Positions 20,309 through 30,692 are shown, numbered from the stretch's first letter. The stretch: 64,000 nt of DNA from Occultella glacieicola (GCF_004353825.1 NZ_SMNA01000016.1:1-64000); one strand, 5' to 3'. A program made the numbers and translations. The notes: generated from the letters alone by a model not told the origin.

Positions 20309-21337
20309 TCAGGCGGGACGGCTCGGTGCGTGACCGGCCAGCGCCGCCGCCTGCCGTAGTGCTTCGGCCATGCTGGCCGTGGTGACCCGGCCGGTACCGG
20401 CGATATCGAACGCGGTGCCGTGGTCCACCGACGTCCGGATCACCGGCAGGCCCACCGTGATGTTCACGCCGTCGTCGATGCCGAGCACCTTCACCGGACC
20501 GTGGCCCTGGTCGTGGTACATGGCCACGATGAGGTCGAAGTCGCCGCGGCCGGCCAGGAAGAACGCCGTGTCGGCCGGCAGCGGCCCATGCACGTCGTGG
20601 CCCAGGGCGACCAGTTCGTCGATGGCCGGCTGGATCTTCTCGGCCTCCTCCCCGTAGCCGAACAACCCGTCCTCGCCGGCGTGCGGATTGATCGCGCACA
20701 CCCCGACGCGGGGTCGGGTCAGACCGGCGCGTTCGAGCGCCTCGATGCCGCGCTCGACCGTCCGGCGCACCAACGGCGGATCGATCCGAGCGATCGCATC
20801 GATGAGGCCCAGGTGCGTCGTCACGTGGATGACCCGGAGCCGCGGGGTGCTCAGCATCATGGACACCTCGGGCACCCCGGTCAGGTGCGCGAGGAGTTCG
20901 GTGTGCCCGGGGAAGCGGTGGCCGGCGGCGTGCAGCGCGGCCTTGTTCAGCGGCGCGGTCGCGATGGCCGCCACGTCCTGGCTCACGGCGTAGCCGGCGG
21001 CCCGCTCGACGTAGGCGTACGCCGCATCACCGGCGATCGGGCTGACCTGGCCGAACGGAAGGTCCTCGGGCAGTTCGCCCACCTGGATCACGTCGACACG
21101 GGTCGTCGTGGGGTCGGCTTCGGCCGGCCGGTCGATCTCGTGCATGGTGGCCGGCACTCGCATGAGCGTCGCCGCCCGGGTCATTCGTGGCAGGTCGCCG
21201 ATCAGCACGGGCCGGCACGCCGCGAGCACCTCCGGGTCGGTCAGGGCGGCGGCACAGACCTCGGGCCCGACGCCCGCCGGATCTCCCATCGTCACGGCGA
21301 CGACGGGACGGGAGGGCGCGCGATCGGTGGGCTCCAC
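20309..21337 (-). CDS. pdxA: PdxA-family D-threonate/erythronate 4-phosphate dehydrogenase (PdxA2-type)
   Basis: TMGDPAGVGPE, TAPLNK, GHTE, NPHAGE, MYHDQGH, RTSVDHGTAFDIAG; adjacent to a DUF1537 kinase. Confidence 0.92.
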   Translation of the reverse strand: MEPTDRAPSRPVVAVTMGDPAGVGPEVCAAALTDPEVLAACRPVLIGDLPRMTRAATLMRVPATMHEIDRPAEADPTTTRVDVIQVGELPEDLPFGQVSPIAGDAAYAYVERAAGYAVSQDVAAIATAPLNKAALHAAGHRFPGHTELLAHLTGVPEVSMMLSTPRLRVIHVTTHLGLIDAIARIDPPLVRRTVERGIEALERAGLTRPRVGVCAINPHAGEDGLFGYGEEAEKIQPAIDELVALGHDVHGPLPADTAFFLAGRGDFDLIVAMYHDQGHGPVKVLGIDDGVNITVGLPVIRTSVDHGTAFDIAGTGRVTTASMAEALRQAAALAGHAPSRPA

Positions 21338-21401
21338 GGTGGGTTCCTTCTCTGGTTCTGGGATCGGGATCGGGGTCGGGTGGTCGGGGTGGTCGGGGTG
21401 G

Positions 21402-22613
21402 TCAGGACCTGGCACGCGCCGAGGTGGCCCCGAGCAGGTCGAGGAGGTCGAGCAGGAGACGGGGCTCGCCGTAGCTGCCGGGTTTGGTCCAGACCGTGCG
21501 GCCGTCCGGCGCGCACAGGCGGGCGACCGCGGCGACGGTGGAGGGAAGGGTCCGGAGGTCGCGCAGGCCGAGCCGGTCCAGGACCAGCCGGGCGGTGTGG
21601 CCGCCGCTGAGCAGCAGGGCGACATCGGGCGCGGCACCGGCCAGCGTGGCCGCACAGGCGGCGGCCAAGGAGTCCATGCTCGCTCGATCCCGGGGCGCGG
21701 ACGCCGCGGCGGTCGGGAGGGTGAGCGCGACGTGTCCTCCCCGCGCGAGCGTGGACCGAGCCCGGTGCACGGCCGAGTCGCGGCCGCCGCCGTCGGCCGG
21801 CACTGCGATCCGGATGGCCCGGTGCCGGGCCTCGAGGGCGTCGAACTGGGCGTGGCTGACCGGCTCGGTGGTGCCGAGCACGGCGAGGAGCGTGCGCACG
21901 GCGGCCGGCGCCCTCGTTCCGACCGCGTGCGTGGCCGTGCCGTCGCCCGGTGCGGCCGGGTCCGGGGTGCGCAGCAGGCCGGCGAGGAACGGTGCCGATC
22001 CGGCGAACGTCGCGTGCGGGATCCCGACGCAGGCGAGAGCGAGTCGCTCCAGGTCCGCCGGGGTTGCGACGTCCGCGGTGATCAGGAGCGGGCCGTCGGC
22101 CCGGGCAAGGGCGGGGAGCCGGCGGTAGTCGGCTCGGCCGAGGTGTCGGTGCGGCAGACCGGAGCCGAGCCGGGCGAGGTCGACCGACTCGGTGGAGCCG
22201 TCGACGTGCCACCCGTCCACGGTCACACGCCCGAGCCCTGGGTTGGCGGGGCACAGCACGACCGGACGCCCGGACCCCAGCAGCGCGTCGAGGTAGACCC
22301 GGACCGGGCCGCGCAGCCTCGAGTCCAGCTTCACGAACACGGTCGCGGTCGGATCGACCCCGGCCGCCAGTGCGGTCATGGCATGGAGCACGTCGGCGTC
22401 CGCGTCGTGGCGCAGGTCGAGATCCCAGACGGTGTCGACGTCCCCGGCCGTGCCGTTCGCTCCGTCGGTGTCGCCGGTCCTGACCGTCCCGACTGTGCCC
22501 GGCCCGGGCCGGCCGAGGCGAACGCGCACGTCCCGACCGCTCCAGTCCTGCCAGAGTCGTGCGAACTCCGCCGCGCCGGTGAGATCGTCGGCCCAGACGT
22601 GTGCGGGCCTCAC
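21402..22613 (-). CDS. Four-carbon acid-sugar kinase (DUF1537), DtnK/DenK-like
   Basis: ADDLTGA, KLDSRLRG, CPANP, SGGHTA, TKPGSYG; GTGA overlap with the DeoR stop. Confidence 0.85.
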   Translation of the reverse strand: MRPAHVWADDLTGAAEFARLWQDWSGRDVRVRLGRPGPGTVGTVRTGDTDGANGTAGDVDTVWDLDLRHDADADVLHAMTALAAGVDPTATVFVKLDSRLRGPVRVYLDALLGSGRPVVLCPANPGLGRVTVDGWHVDGSTESVDLARLGSGLPHRHLGRADYRRLPALARADGPLLITADVATPADLERLALACVGIPHATFAGSAPFLAGLLRTPDPAAPGDGTATHAVGTRAPAAVRTLLAVLGTTEPVSHAQFDALEARHRAIRIAVPADGGGRDSAVHRARSTLARGGHVALTLPTAAASAPRDRASMDSLAAACAATLAGAAPDVALLLSGGHTARLVLDRLGLRDLRTLPSTVAAVARLCAPDGRTVWTKPGSYGEPRLLLDLLDLLGATSARARS

Positions 22614-23404
22614 GCCTCGGCCCGCTGTGCCACGGGCCGGATGACGACGTCCCGGCCGGTCCGGCGGAACGCGTCCAGGAACTCGGGATCCGCGCCGTCG
22701 TCGGTGACCAGCGTCCACGGTTCGTCGATCCGGGCCCAACTGTGGAACGGTGCGTGCCCGAGCTTCGCCGAGTGCGCGAGGACGTAGATCCGACGGGACC
22801 GGCGAGCCATCAGCTCCTTGAGGCGGGTCTGGTCCGGCTCCGCCTCGCAGAGGGACCCGTCGGCGCCGACCCCGTCGGTGCCGAGGAACAGCCGATCGAA
22901 GGTGAGCCGTTCCAGCGCCAGTTCCGTCAGCGGCCCGACGAACGCCGCCGAGAGGTCCCTGAGCCGGCCGCCGAGGCAGGTCAGCGCGAGCTCCGGTCGG
23001 GTCCGCAGCAGGCTGATCACCGGGACGCTCGCGGTGGTCACGGCGAGGCCCTCCAGGGCGGGCAGGCGGCGAGCCAGCAGGGCGACGGTGGAGCCGGCAT
23101 CGAGCAGGATCGACTCGCCCGGACGGACCTGCTCCGCCGCCCAGCCGGCGATGGCGGCCTTGGCGTCGAAACTCTCGTGCTCGCGCTGGAGCAACGACGT
23201 CTCCACGTGCTCGCCGGGCGCGATGGCGCCGCCGTAGGTCCGGGCCAGCTGGCCGGACCGGCTCAGTTGCGCGAGGTCGCGGCGGATCGTGGAGGCGGTC
23301 ACCCCGAACCGGGCCGCGAGGTCATCCACGCTCGCCAGACCCATCTCTGAGGCGCGCGCGACGATCTCGCCGCGGCGACGCTCCGCCTTGCTCACCATCA
23401 TCAT
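22610..23404 (-). CDS. DeoR/GlpR transcriptional regulator
   Basis: VTASTIRRDL, RTYGGA, LDAGST motifs. Confidence 0.93.
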   Translation of the reverse strand: MMMVSKAERRRGEIVARASEMGLASVDDLAARFGVTASTIRRDLAQLSRSGQLARTYGGAIAPGEHVETSLLQREHESFDAKAAIAGWAAEQVRPGESILLDAGSTVALLARRLPALEGLAVTTASVPVISLLRTRPELALTCLGGRLRDLSAAFVGPLTELALERLTFDRLFLGTDGVGADGSLCEAEPDQTRLKELMARRSRRIYVLAHSAKLGHAPFHSWARIDEPWTLVTDDGADPEFLDAFRRTGRDVVIRPVAQRAEA

Positions 23405-23502
23405 CGCCCTCCCGTCCGTCCTCCCATGCTACCCACGAGCGGCGCGTTTCGTGCTACGTTGACTGCGCGTTCTGCGCAATACATTCCCCCGAGGGAGAGC
23501 TG

Positions 23503-24474
23503 ATGAACGACCTGAGGACCGAGTCGGGGCCGGTGCCGGTGCGCCTGATCCTGGGCACGATGTCGTTCGGGGACACCGTCGACGAGCCAACGGCCGCCCG
23601 GATCATCGAGACCGCGATCGAGGCCGGGATCGGCGAACTGGACACCGCGAACACCTACGCGGGCGGTGCGAGCGAGCAGATCGTCGGCCGGGCCCTGCGA
23701 GCCAATCCCGCCGACGGCGTGGTCGTCTCCTCCAAGGTCGGCATGCAGCCGCCCCGGGACGGCGCCGGGCCACTCGCCCACGAGGCGGTCGTGGCCGCAG
23801 CACGCACCAGCGTCGAGCGGCTGGGCCGGCCGCTGGACACGTTGTACCTGCACCAGCCGGACCGCAGCACCTCGCTGACGGAGACCATCGGTGGCGTGTC
23901 CGAGGTGCTCGAACTCGGGCTGGCCAGGCGCTTCGGCCTCTCGAACCACTCCGCGTGGGAGACGGTCGAGGTACAGGAACTGTGCCGCCGGCAGCGGGCC
24001 CCGGAGCCGCGGCGCGCACAGCAGCTCTACAACGCGCTCGCGCGGCGCCTCGAGGTCGAGTTCCTTCCCTTCGCGGTGGCTCGCGGCGTGGAGACGGTCA
24101 TCTACAACCCGCTGGCCGGAGGGCTGCTCACCGGGCGCCACACGATCGCCGAGGAGCCGGGGCAGGGGCGGTTCGGATCCTCCGCCGTGGCGCAGATGTA
24201 CCGCCGCCGGTACTGGACCCCGGAGCAGTTCCAGGCGCTCGATGCGCTCCGTGAGATCGCCGACAGCGCCGCGATCGGCCTCACCGAGCTCTCCCTGCGG
24301 TGGCTGCTCGGGGTGGGCGGGGTGGAGGCGATCCTCGTCGGGGGATCCTCCCCGGGCCAGATCCGCGCCAACGTCGCGGCGCTCGGCCACGGGCCGCTCG
24401 AGGCGGAACTGCGGCTGCGCGTCGACGCCGCCACCGCGCCGCTCCTGGCGAGCGCGCCGCACTACGCGCGCTGA
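23503..24474 (+). CDS. Aldo/keto reductase
   Basis: LGTMSFG, DTANTY, SSK, YLHQPD, YNPLAGGLL. Confidence 0.92.
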   Translation: MNDLRTESGPVPVRLILGTMSFGDTVDEPTAARIIETAIEAGIGELDTANTYAGGASEQIVGRALRANPADGVVVSSKVGMQPPRDGAGPLAHEAVVAAARTSVERLGRPLDTLYLHQPDRSTSLTETIGGVSEVLELGLARRFGLSNHSAWETVEVQELCRRQRAPEPRRAQQLYNALARRLEVEFLPFAVARGVETVIYNPLAGGLLTGRHTIAEEPGQGRFGSSAVAQMYRRRYWTPEQFQALDALREIADSAAIGLTELSLRWLLGVGGVEAILVGGSSPGQIRANVAALGHGPLEAELRLRVDAATAPLLASAPHYAR

Positions 24475-24510
24475 CCGCGCCGACTCGGGGTAGAAGTCAC
24501 CTGCCGGAGC

Positions 24511-24530
24511 CTCAGTTCGGTCTCACCCGG
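24511..24530 (+). repeat. 20-bp direct repeat CTCAGTTCGGTCTCACCCGG, second copy at 26574-26593 inside the lacI-family gene
   Basis: Exact match read by eye. Confidence 0.85.
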
Positions 24531-25545
24531 CGCGTGGCTTGCCCATGGTTTCGAGATCGAGGTCACCAGTGAACCTGATGGGGGATGCGGCCGCGGCATC
24601 GACGGCGCCCGTCCCGAGCCTGACCTCGATCGCAGCCCACCCGCCGTCGGTGAGTTCAATGATCGCGTCGACTTCGCGGCCGTTGGAGTCGCGGAAGTGT
24701 GTCACTCGACCGCTGCTTGCCTGTGCGTACACCCGGAGATCGCGGATGGCGAGGGACTCGAACAGGAATCCGAGGGTGTTGAGGTCTTCCCTCAGCGAGT
24801 CGGGGGTGGCGTCCAGTGCCGCTGCCGCCAGCGACGGATCGGCCAAGTGCCGTTTGGGCGCCTTGCGCCGGCGCGCCGAGGAGCGGAGCGACGCCGACCA
24901 CGCGGGTTGGTCCTCCGTGATCATCAGCCGCTCGAGAGCGCCGAGGTGCCCCATGGTCGTCTCGCGGGTCGTGGTGAGGTCGCTGCCCGCAACATCTCTG
25001 GTCAGTGCGGTGACGGAGACTCGGACGCCACGTTCCGAGCGAGCGAACGCAGCAATCGCCGGACCTTGACAGGGTCGCGGCTGTATCCAGCCACGCGTGA
25101 GAGGTCCGCGTCCACGAGCAGGTCGAGGTAGTCGGTTGCGTACGTGCGTGCGTCCTCAATGGGGAGTCCGATCGACATCGGCCATCCGCCGCGGACGATG
25201 AGTTCTGCGATCCGGTGTCCGGTCGTCTGCGACTGCGGGGCGCGGGAGACGCCGCCCCCGAGCACGTCGCGAAGGCTGACCGCGCCCGTCGAGTCACCGG
25301 ACTCCCACAGCGACATCGTCCGTATTCGCATCCGTGAGACCCGTCCCGCTCCAGTGTGTCGACGCGCATCGTCGCGAGGCACCGAGGAGCCAGTCAGGAT
25401 GAACTGGCCGGGTCTACCACGTGCGTCGACCCGGCGACGTAGGTGATTCCACGTGTTCGGTTGTTCCTGCCACTCATCGAGGAGTCGGGGCGGGTCGCCT
25501 TCCAGGAGCAACGAGGGGTCGACCGCGATCGCTGCCTCTTCATAT
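24523..25545 (-). pseudogene. Decayed AAA_14/DUF4143 ATP-binding protein
   Basis: LLDEWQ, FILTGSS, HTGAGR, GGWP in one frame; LFESLAIRDL, FRDSNGREVD, AIEV in another. Frameshift near 25020. No N-terminal Walker A, and the C-terminus is truncated. Confidence 0.82.
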
Positions 25546-25712
25546 CCACAATCTGCAGGCAGATCAGCCGACAGTGTGCAACATCGCGAGCCGACACCGT
25601 GCAGACGGAACTGCGTGCCCAGACCGGCGCCATCGTGACCCGGTCGGTGGTCTCTGGTCGAGGCGTCGGTAGGCTCGAGGGCGTCACACCGACCTGAACG
25701 GAGGGTGCGCCG

Positions 25713-26741
25713 GTGGCCGTCACCATGAGCGACGTCGCGAAACTTGCCGGCGTCTCGGTGAAGACCGTCTCGAACGTGGTCAACGACTACCCCTACATCC
25801 GCGAGGGCACCCGGGCCCGCGTGCTGGACTCGATCCAGAAGCTCGGCTACCAGCTCAACACCACCGCCCGCGGGCTGCGCACCGGGCGTACCGGTCTGAT
25901 CGGACTCGCGGTGCCCGAGCTCAAGCTCCCGTACTTCGCCGAGCTCGCAGACTCCGTGATCGCCGAGGCCGAGCAGGTGGGGCTCACCGTGCTGATCGAG
26001 CAGACGAACAGCGACCGGGAACGCGAGATCGCCGTGCTGCGAGACCCGCGCCGCCGGCTCGTGGACGGTCTGATCTTCTCCCCTCTGGCCCTGGGCCAGG
26101 ACGACCGGCACCTGCTCGAGGTCGACTTTCCCCTCGTCGTTCTCGGGGAACGGATCTTCGCCGCGGCGGCCGATCACGTCACGATGCAGAACGTGGACGC
26201 CGCGCGCGCCGCTACCGAGCACCTGCTCGGCCTGGGCCGGCGCCGGATCGCGATGGTGGGTGGACACCGGGGGGAACGGATCGGGTCCGCGGCGCTGCGG
26301 GAGGCCGGCTATGCCGAGGCGCTCGAGGCCGCCGGGATCGGCGTGGACCCCGGCCTGATCGGGGAGTCCGGCCTGTGGCACCGCGAGACCGGGGCAGCCG
26401 CGATCGCGACGATGCTCGACTCCGGCACCGTCCCCGACGCCGTCTTCGCGCTCAACGACGCGCTCGCCATCGGCGTACTGCGCGAGCTCCTCTCCCGCGG
26501 GATCCGGGTGCCACAGGACGTCGCCGTGATCGGCTTCGACGACGTCGAGGACGCCCGCTTCGCCTATCCGAGTCTCAGTTCGGTCTCACCCGGGCGGGCA
26601 CAGATCGCCCGCTCCGCCGTCGGTCTGCTGCACCGCCGGATCGTCGAGCGGACCGCTCCGGCCGAACACGAGACCATCACGGCCGAGTTCGAGGTGGTGC
26701 CCCGGGAGTCGACCCTCGGGTTGCCGGCCCGGCCGGCCTGA
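25713..26741 (+). CDS. LacI-family transcriptional regulator
   Basis: TMSDVAKLAGVSVKTVSNV HTH, ARGLRTG, VIGFDD. Confidence 0.95.
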   Translation: MAVTMSDVAKLAGVSVKTVSNVVNDYPYIREGTRARVLDSIQKLGYQLNTTARGLRTGRTGLIGLAVPELKLPYFAELADSVIAEAEQVGLTVLIEQTNSDREREIAVLRDPRRRLVDGLIFSPLALGQDDRHLLEVDFPLVVLGERIFAAAADHVTMQNVDAARAATEHLLGLGRRRIAMVGGHRGERIGSAALREAGYAEALEAAGIGVDPGLIGESGLWHRETGAAAIATMLDSGTVPDAVFALNDALAIGVLRELLSRGIRVPQDVAVIGFDDVEDARFAYPSLSSVSPGRAQIARSAVGLLHRRIVERTAPAEHETITAEFEVVPRESTLGLPARPA

Positions 26742-26746
26742 CGTCC

Positions 26747-29122
26747 TCAGCCGGCGGCCAGTGCGGCCACCTCCTCGGCGGTCAGCGCCGTGGTGTGCAG
26801 TTCGAGCTCGTCCACCGCGCCCGCGAACGGGGTGTCCCACCAGTTCACCCCGAGCGCGAAGGCGCCCGACGTGGTGGTGAACACGTCCGGGAACCCGGTG
26901 CCGGCGAACGCCTCGACGCCGTCCACGTAGACGGTCAGCGCGCCGTCGTCCACGGTCAGGGCCAGGTGGGTCCACTCGCCGACCGGGATCTGCTGACCGG
27001 CGGACGCGTCGTACCAGGCGTTGCCTGACCAGACCATGGTGTCCCCGCCCACGCCGTCGTGCCCCTGCGGCAGCAGGCTCACCCAGCTGTTCGGGTCCCG
27101 GGCGCCGAAGAACGCCGTCGTGTAGGGGGTGAGGGCGTCCGGCCGCAGCCACAGGCTCACCGAGTACGTCGGCCCGATGATCAGCCCGTCCGGGAGCCGT
27201 ACGCCGGCGGTGCCGTCGAGTTGCAACGCCTGCCCGCTGACGCCCTCGGTGTAGCCGACGGCGCCACCGGTGGTGTCGATGCGGGTGCCGGTGGGCTGCC
27301 CGTCGGCGACGCGGCCCTGCGCCTCGGCGAGGTCGCCGTCGAAGTCGTAACGCGCCACCAGGCCGCCGACCACCTTCTCGGAGACGACGACGGCGAACGT
27401 CGCCGTCGCGGTCAGCTCGCCCTGGGCCAGGGTCGCCGTGAGCGTGACGTGAGCATCGCCGTCGCCGGGTTCGGGCCGGACCACCTCCCCGCTGGCGGAG
27501 ACCACGGCCTCCTCGGAGCTGGCCCACTCGATGGTGACGCCGCGGGTGCCGACGGTGGGCAGGTCCAGGTCGGCGATGACGCCGGAGGTGTCGCCGAGAT
27601 CCAGATCGGCGAGCACGGCGTCGAGCGCCTGCTGATCGGTCAGCGGGGCGAGCCGGCTTCCCCAGAGTGACACTCCGCCGTCGGAGGAGACGGTGAAGGT
27701 GACCACCCAGGAAGCCGACTGCGGCTCCCACTGGCGCACGAACACGCCCATGTACTCCTCGCCGTCGATGGTCAGGCGGGCCCGGTCGCGCCCCTGCAGC
27801 AGGTGCCAGCGGCCCTCGACGGCGCCGCTGATCTCGCCGTTGCGGTGCAGCTCGATGGTGCTCGCCTCATGGAGGTCGGCGGAGATCTCCTTGCCGTGGT
27901 CGATGAACGCGTACTCGCCGACCACGTCCGGGCGGCGCAGGATGTCGTCCTCGCCGTCCGGTGCGTAGCGGTACGGCGCCACCACCGGCCAGCCATGTTC
28001 GTTCATGAACATCTGGTGGGTGCGGAGCTGGTGGAACTCACCCTGACCGGGGAAGCGGGTGTGGAAGATGAGGAACTGCTCGCGGGTCTGCGGGTCGTAG
28101 TAGGTCGTGTTGTGCCCGGGCGAGACGTACCCGACGCCGGGCTCCTCGCCCGGGTCGCCGACCGCGTGGCCGAACAGGTGACTCCCCATCAGCTTGACGC
28201 CGAACGGCTCGATCGAGGCGTCGTCGAACAGCGGTAGGGCCGGGTCCGAGCGCACCTCGGACATCGGATTGCCCTCGGCGTCGACGTAGGGACCGTCCGG
28301 GTCCGCCGACCGTGCCACGCGCATGTTGTAGCCGCCGTCCGAACCGAGACCGCCGAAGGACGTGAACAGGTAGTAGTACGCCGTCTCGGGGTTGTACATG
28401 ATCGTCGGCCCCTCGATCCGGCTGTGGTTGCCGCCCATCAGGTGCTCGCCGTAGCCCTGGCCGGGCACCGGCAGCCCGCTCTCGCGGTCCATCTCGAGGA
28501 TGAAGATGCCGCCCGAGTACGAGCCGTAGACCATCCAGAGGTTGCCCTCGGCGTCGAAGAACGTGTCCGGGTCCACCACGTTCGGGTGCACGCGCGCGTC
28601 GTAGATCGTGCCGTCCTCGCTCGGCTCGTCCCACATGCCCGAGCGCAGGATGATGCCCAGGTCCTCGTAGGGTCCGTCGACCGAGTCGGCGACGGCGACG
28701 CCCATGGCCGAGCGCGGCGAGTCGCCCTTGCAGGCGTTGTAGTACATGTAGAAGCGGCCGTCCTCGAGTTGGATCACGTCCGCCGCCCAGAGCGTGTCCG
28801 TCTGGGCCCACTCGAACGTCTCGGCGAGCTCGGCGCGCACGTCCTCGAACAGCGGATTGTCCGCGTTCGCGCCGTCGGCGACCAGTTCCCAGTTCATCAG
28901 GTCGTCGGAGCGGGCGGCGGCCAGGTGCGAGCCGAACACCCAGAACTCCCCGTCGGCCGTCACCAGCGACGGGTCGTGCACCGAGGCGTCGGTGAACTCC
29001 GGTGGCTCGGTGGGTGCCGGCGCCGGTGGACGGGCCGCCGCTGCGGCCGGGACCAGCGCGACGAGAGCGGCGCAGATCAGGGCGAGGAGGGGACGGACGG
29101 ACATGGCGCTCCCGGTGTTCAA
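26747..29122 (-). CDS. Secreted GH43 endo-1,5-alpha-L-arabinanase with GH43_C, Ig-like and LamG domains
   Basis: Signal peptide, SVHDPS, WAADV, NVVDP, YGSYSGG, IEGP, SPGHN, and C-terminal LamG (WTHLALT, FAGAVDE). Start may be 29104. Confidence 0.9.
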   Translation of the reverse strand: MNTGSAMSVRPLLALICAALVALVPAAAAARPPAPAPTEPPEFTDASVHDPSLVTADGEFWVFGSHLAAARSDDLMNWELVADGANADNPLFEDVRAELAETFEWAQTDTLWAADVIQLEDGRFYMYYNACKGDSPRSAMGVAVADSVDGPYEDLGIILRSGMWDEPSEDGTIYDARVHPNVVDPDTFFDAEGNLWMVYGSYSGGIFILEMDRESGLPVPGQGYGEHLMGGNHSRIEGPTIMYNPETAYYYLFTSFGGLGSDGGYNMRVARSADPDGPYVDAEGNPMSEVRSDPALPLFDDASIEPFGVKLMGSHLFGHAVGDPGEEPGVGYVSPGHNTTYYDPQTREQFLIFHTRFPGQGEFHQLRTHQMFMNEHGWPVVAPYRYAPDGEDDILRRPDVVGEYAFIDHGKEISADLHEASTIELHRNGEISGAVEGRWHLLQGRDRARLTIDGEEYMGVFVRQWEPQSASWVVTFTVSSDGGVSLWGSRLAPLTDQQALDAVLADLDLGDTSGVIADLDLPTVGTRGVTIEWASSEEAVVSASGEVVRPEPGDGDAHVTLTATLAQGELTATATFAVVVSEKVVGGLVARYDFDGDLAEAQGRVADGQPTGTRIDTTGGAVGYTEGVSGQALQLDGTAGVRLPDGLIIGPTYSVSLWLRPDALTPYTTAFFGARDPNSWVSLLPQGHDGVGGDTMVWSGNAWYDASAGQQIPVGEWTHLALTVDDGALTVYVDGVEAFAGTGFPDVFTTTSGAFALGVNWWDTPFAGAVDELELHTTALTAEEVAALAAG

Positions 29123-29221
29123 CGCTGGACTCAGGGTTCGGTGCTCTGGCCGTCGGCGACCGGTCCGACCGGCCGGGCGATGCCGGCCACGACACCGACA
29201 ACGTCACGCTAGCCCGCCTTC

Positions 29222-29233
29222 TACATCGATGTA
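29222..29233. promoter_or_regulatory. LacI-type operator TACATCGATGTA
   Basis: Perfect 12-bp palindrome with central CG, about 100 bp upstream of the GH43 gene; a LacI gene lies on the far side of GH43. Confidence 0.65.
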
Positions 29234-29381
29234 AAGAGGCGACGACCGTAACTGCCGCCGTCAACCTGCTCCTGTTCGCAGCGACGACGGACGTGACGCA
29301 GACCTCGCAACCACACGACGGCGCCAGCGACCCCGGGTGAACTCGGCCTGCGCGCCCGCGCCGGGTACTGAGGCCGGAGGC

Positions 29382-30692
29382 TCAGGCAGGCCGTCCCGCC
29401 GTCGTTGCTGCCCCGCGCTGTGGCGTGCGCCGGATGCCCCGGCGCAGTGGGTCGAACTGCGTCATCACGGCCGGGGTCGCCTCGCCGGTGATCTGATCGG
29501 CGAGCAGGCGTCCGGTGAGCGGGCCGAGGGCGATGCCCCACATCCCGTGCCCGCCGGCGACGTACACCCGCGGGGAGCGGGTGCGGCCGACGAGGGGCAA
29601 CCCGTCTGCGGTGCACGGCCGGGAGCCGACCCACTCCTCGGAGCGCACCTCCCAGTCGATGCCGGTGAGCATCGGCCGGGCAGCTTCGACGATCGCCGTG
29701 ATCCGGCGATCGTCCCGGGTTGCGTCCGGGCGGCGGAACTCCATCATCCCGGCCACTCGGAACCGGCCCTGCAACGGCGTGCAGGCGACCCTCTGCACGG
29801 GAAGGTAGACGGGGCGCTCCGGCAGCCGGTCCGGGCGGACCGTGAAGCTGTAGCCACGGCCGGCCTGCACGATCGCGCGCACTCCGAACGGTCGGGCGAG
29901 GGAGTTCAGGCGGGCGCCGGAGGCGATCACGACGGCGTCGACCGAGTGGGAGGAGCCGTTGCGGTCGAGTACGTGCACACCCGTGCGGCCATCGTCGAGG
30001 ATCGCGTCGACGTCGAACCCGGAGATGATCGCGCCGCCGCGGGCTCGGACCGAGTCGGCGAGCGAGTGCACGAACCTTGGCGGGTCGATGAACCGCTGCC
30101 CTTCGATTGTGATCGCGGCGCCAACGCCCTCGCCGAGTACCGGCTCGACGGCCCGTGCCTGGTCCCCGGTCAGGAACGCGTGATCGATCGGGGCGCCGTG
30201 CTCGCCGGCGTAGCGGAACTCCTTCGCGATGACCCGGGTGTCCGCCTCGGAGGCGAAGGCCGCCAGGAACGGCTCTGCGGTGCGGATCGGCTCCGCCACA
30301 CCGCCGTCGGACAGTTCGTCGTAGGAGCCCAGGGCGAGCTTGTTCAGTTCGGCGAACACGGCCATCGACGACTCCCAGCGCTTCCTGGTGCAGTGCGCGG
30401 CGAAGGTGATCAGGAACTGAAGCAGCCGGGGGTCGGCCGACGGCGGCACGTACACCGGTGAGGCCGGGTCGAAGACCGCGCGAATGCCGTATCGAAGGAG
30501 GGCGGGCTCCGGGAGCGGCAGGGTCAGCGCGGGAGCGAGCCAACCGGCGTTGCCCCAGGAGGCGTCCGCGGCCACACCGATCCGGTCGACCACGGTCACG
30601 CCGACGCCGTGCCGCTGCAGGTGCCAGGCCGTGGAGAGCCCGACGGCGCCCGCTCCGACGACAACGATGTGCTCCGGTCGTGTGCTGGTCAC
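29382..30692 (-). CDS. FAD-dependent D-amino acid dehydrogenase (DadA-like)
   Basis: GAGAVG, ASWGNAG, GRGYS, GSRPCTADGLP, GHGMWG. Confidence 0.9.
   Translation of the reverse strand: MTSTRPEHIVVVGAGAVGLSTAWHLQRHGVGVTVVDRIGVAADASWGNAGWLAPALTLPLPEPALLRYGIRAVFDPASPVYVPPSADPRLLQFLITFAAHCTRKRWESSMAVFAELNKLALGSYDELSDGGVAEPIRTAEPFLAAFASEADTRVIAKEFRYAGEHGAPIDHAFLTGDQARAVEPVLGEGVGAAITIEGQRFIDPPRFVHSLADSVRARGGAIISGFDVDAILDDGRTGVHVLDRNGSSHSVDAVVIASGARLNSLARPFGVRAIVQAGRGYSFTVRPDRLPERPVYLPVQRVACTPLQGRFRVAGMMEFRRPDATRDDRRITAIVEAARPMLTGIDWEVRSEEWVGSRPCTADGLPLVGRTRSPRVYVAGGHGMWGIALGPLTGRLLADQITGEATPAVMTQFDPLRRGIRRTPQRGAATTAGRPA

Noticed and set aside
18063..20699. 878-aa minus-strand ORF and similar long ORFs (1023-2399, 2119-3864, 8288-9838, 14154-15890, 39459-41321)
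   Set aside because: Antisense or off-frame shadows of motif-bearing genes, expected in high-GC DNA.
20309..21337. Vitamin B6 biosynthesis role for pdxA
   Set aside because: The adjacent DUF1537 kinase and DeoR indicate the catabolic PdxA2 type.
21361..21405. Short GGGATC/TGGTCGGGG tandem repeats between the kinase and pdxA
   Set aside because: Low-complexity spacer with only 2-3 copies and no evident function.
25002..26381. 459-aa ORF as an intact gene
   Set aside because: It joins the antisense of lacI to a fragment of the DUF4143 pseudogene.
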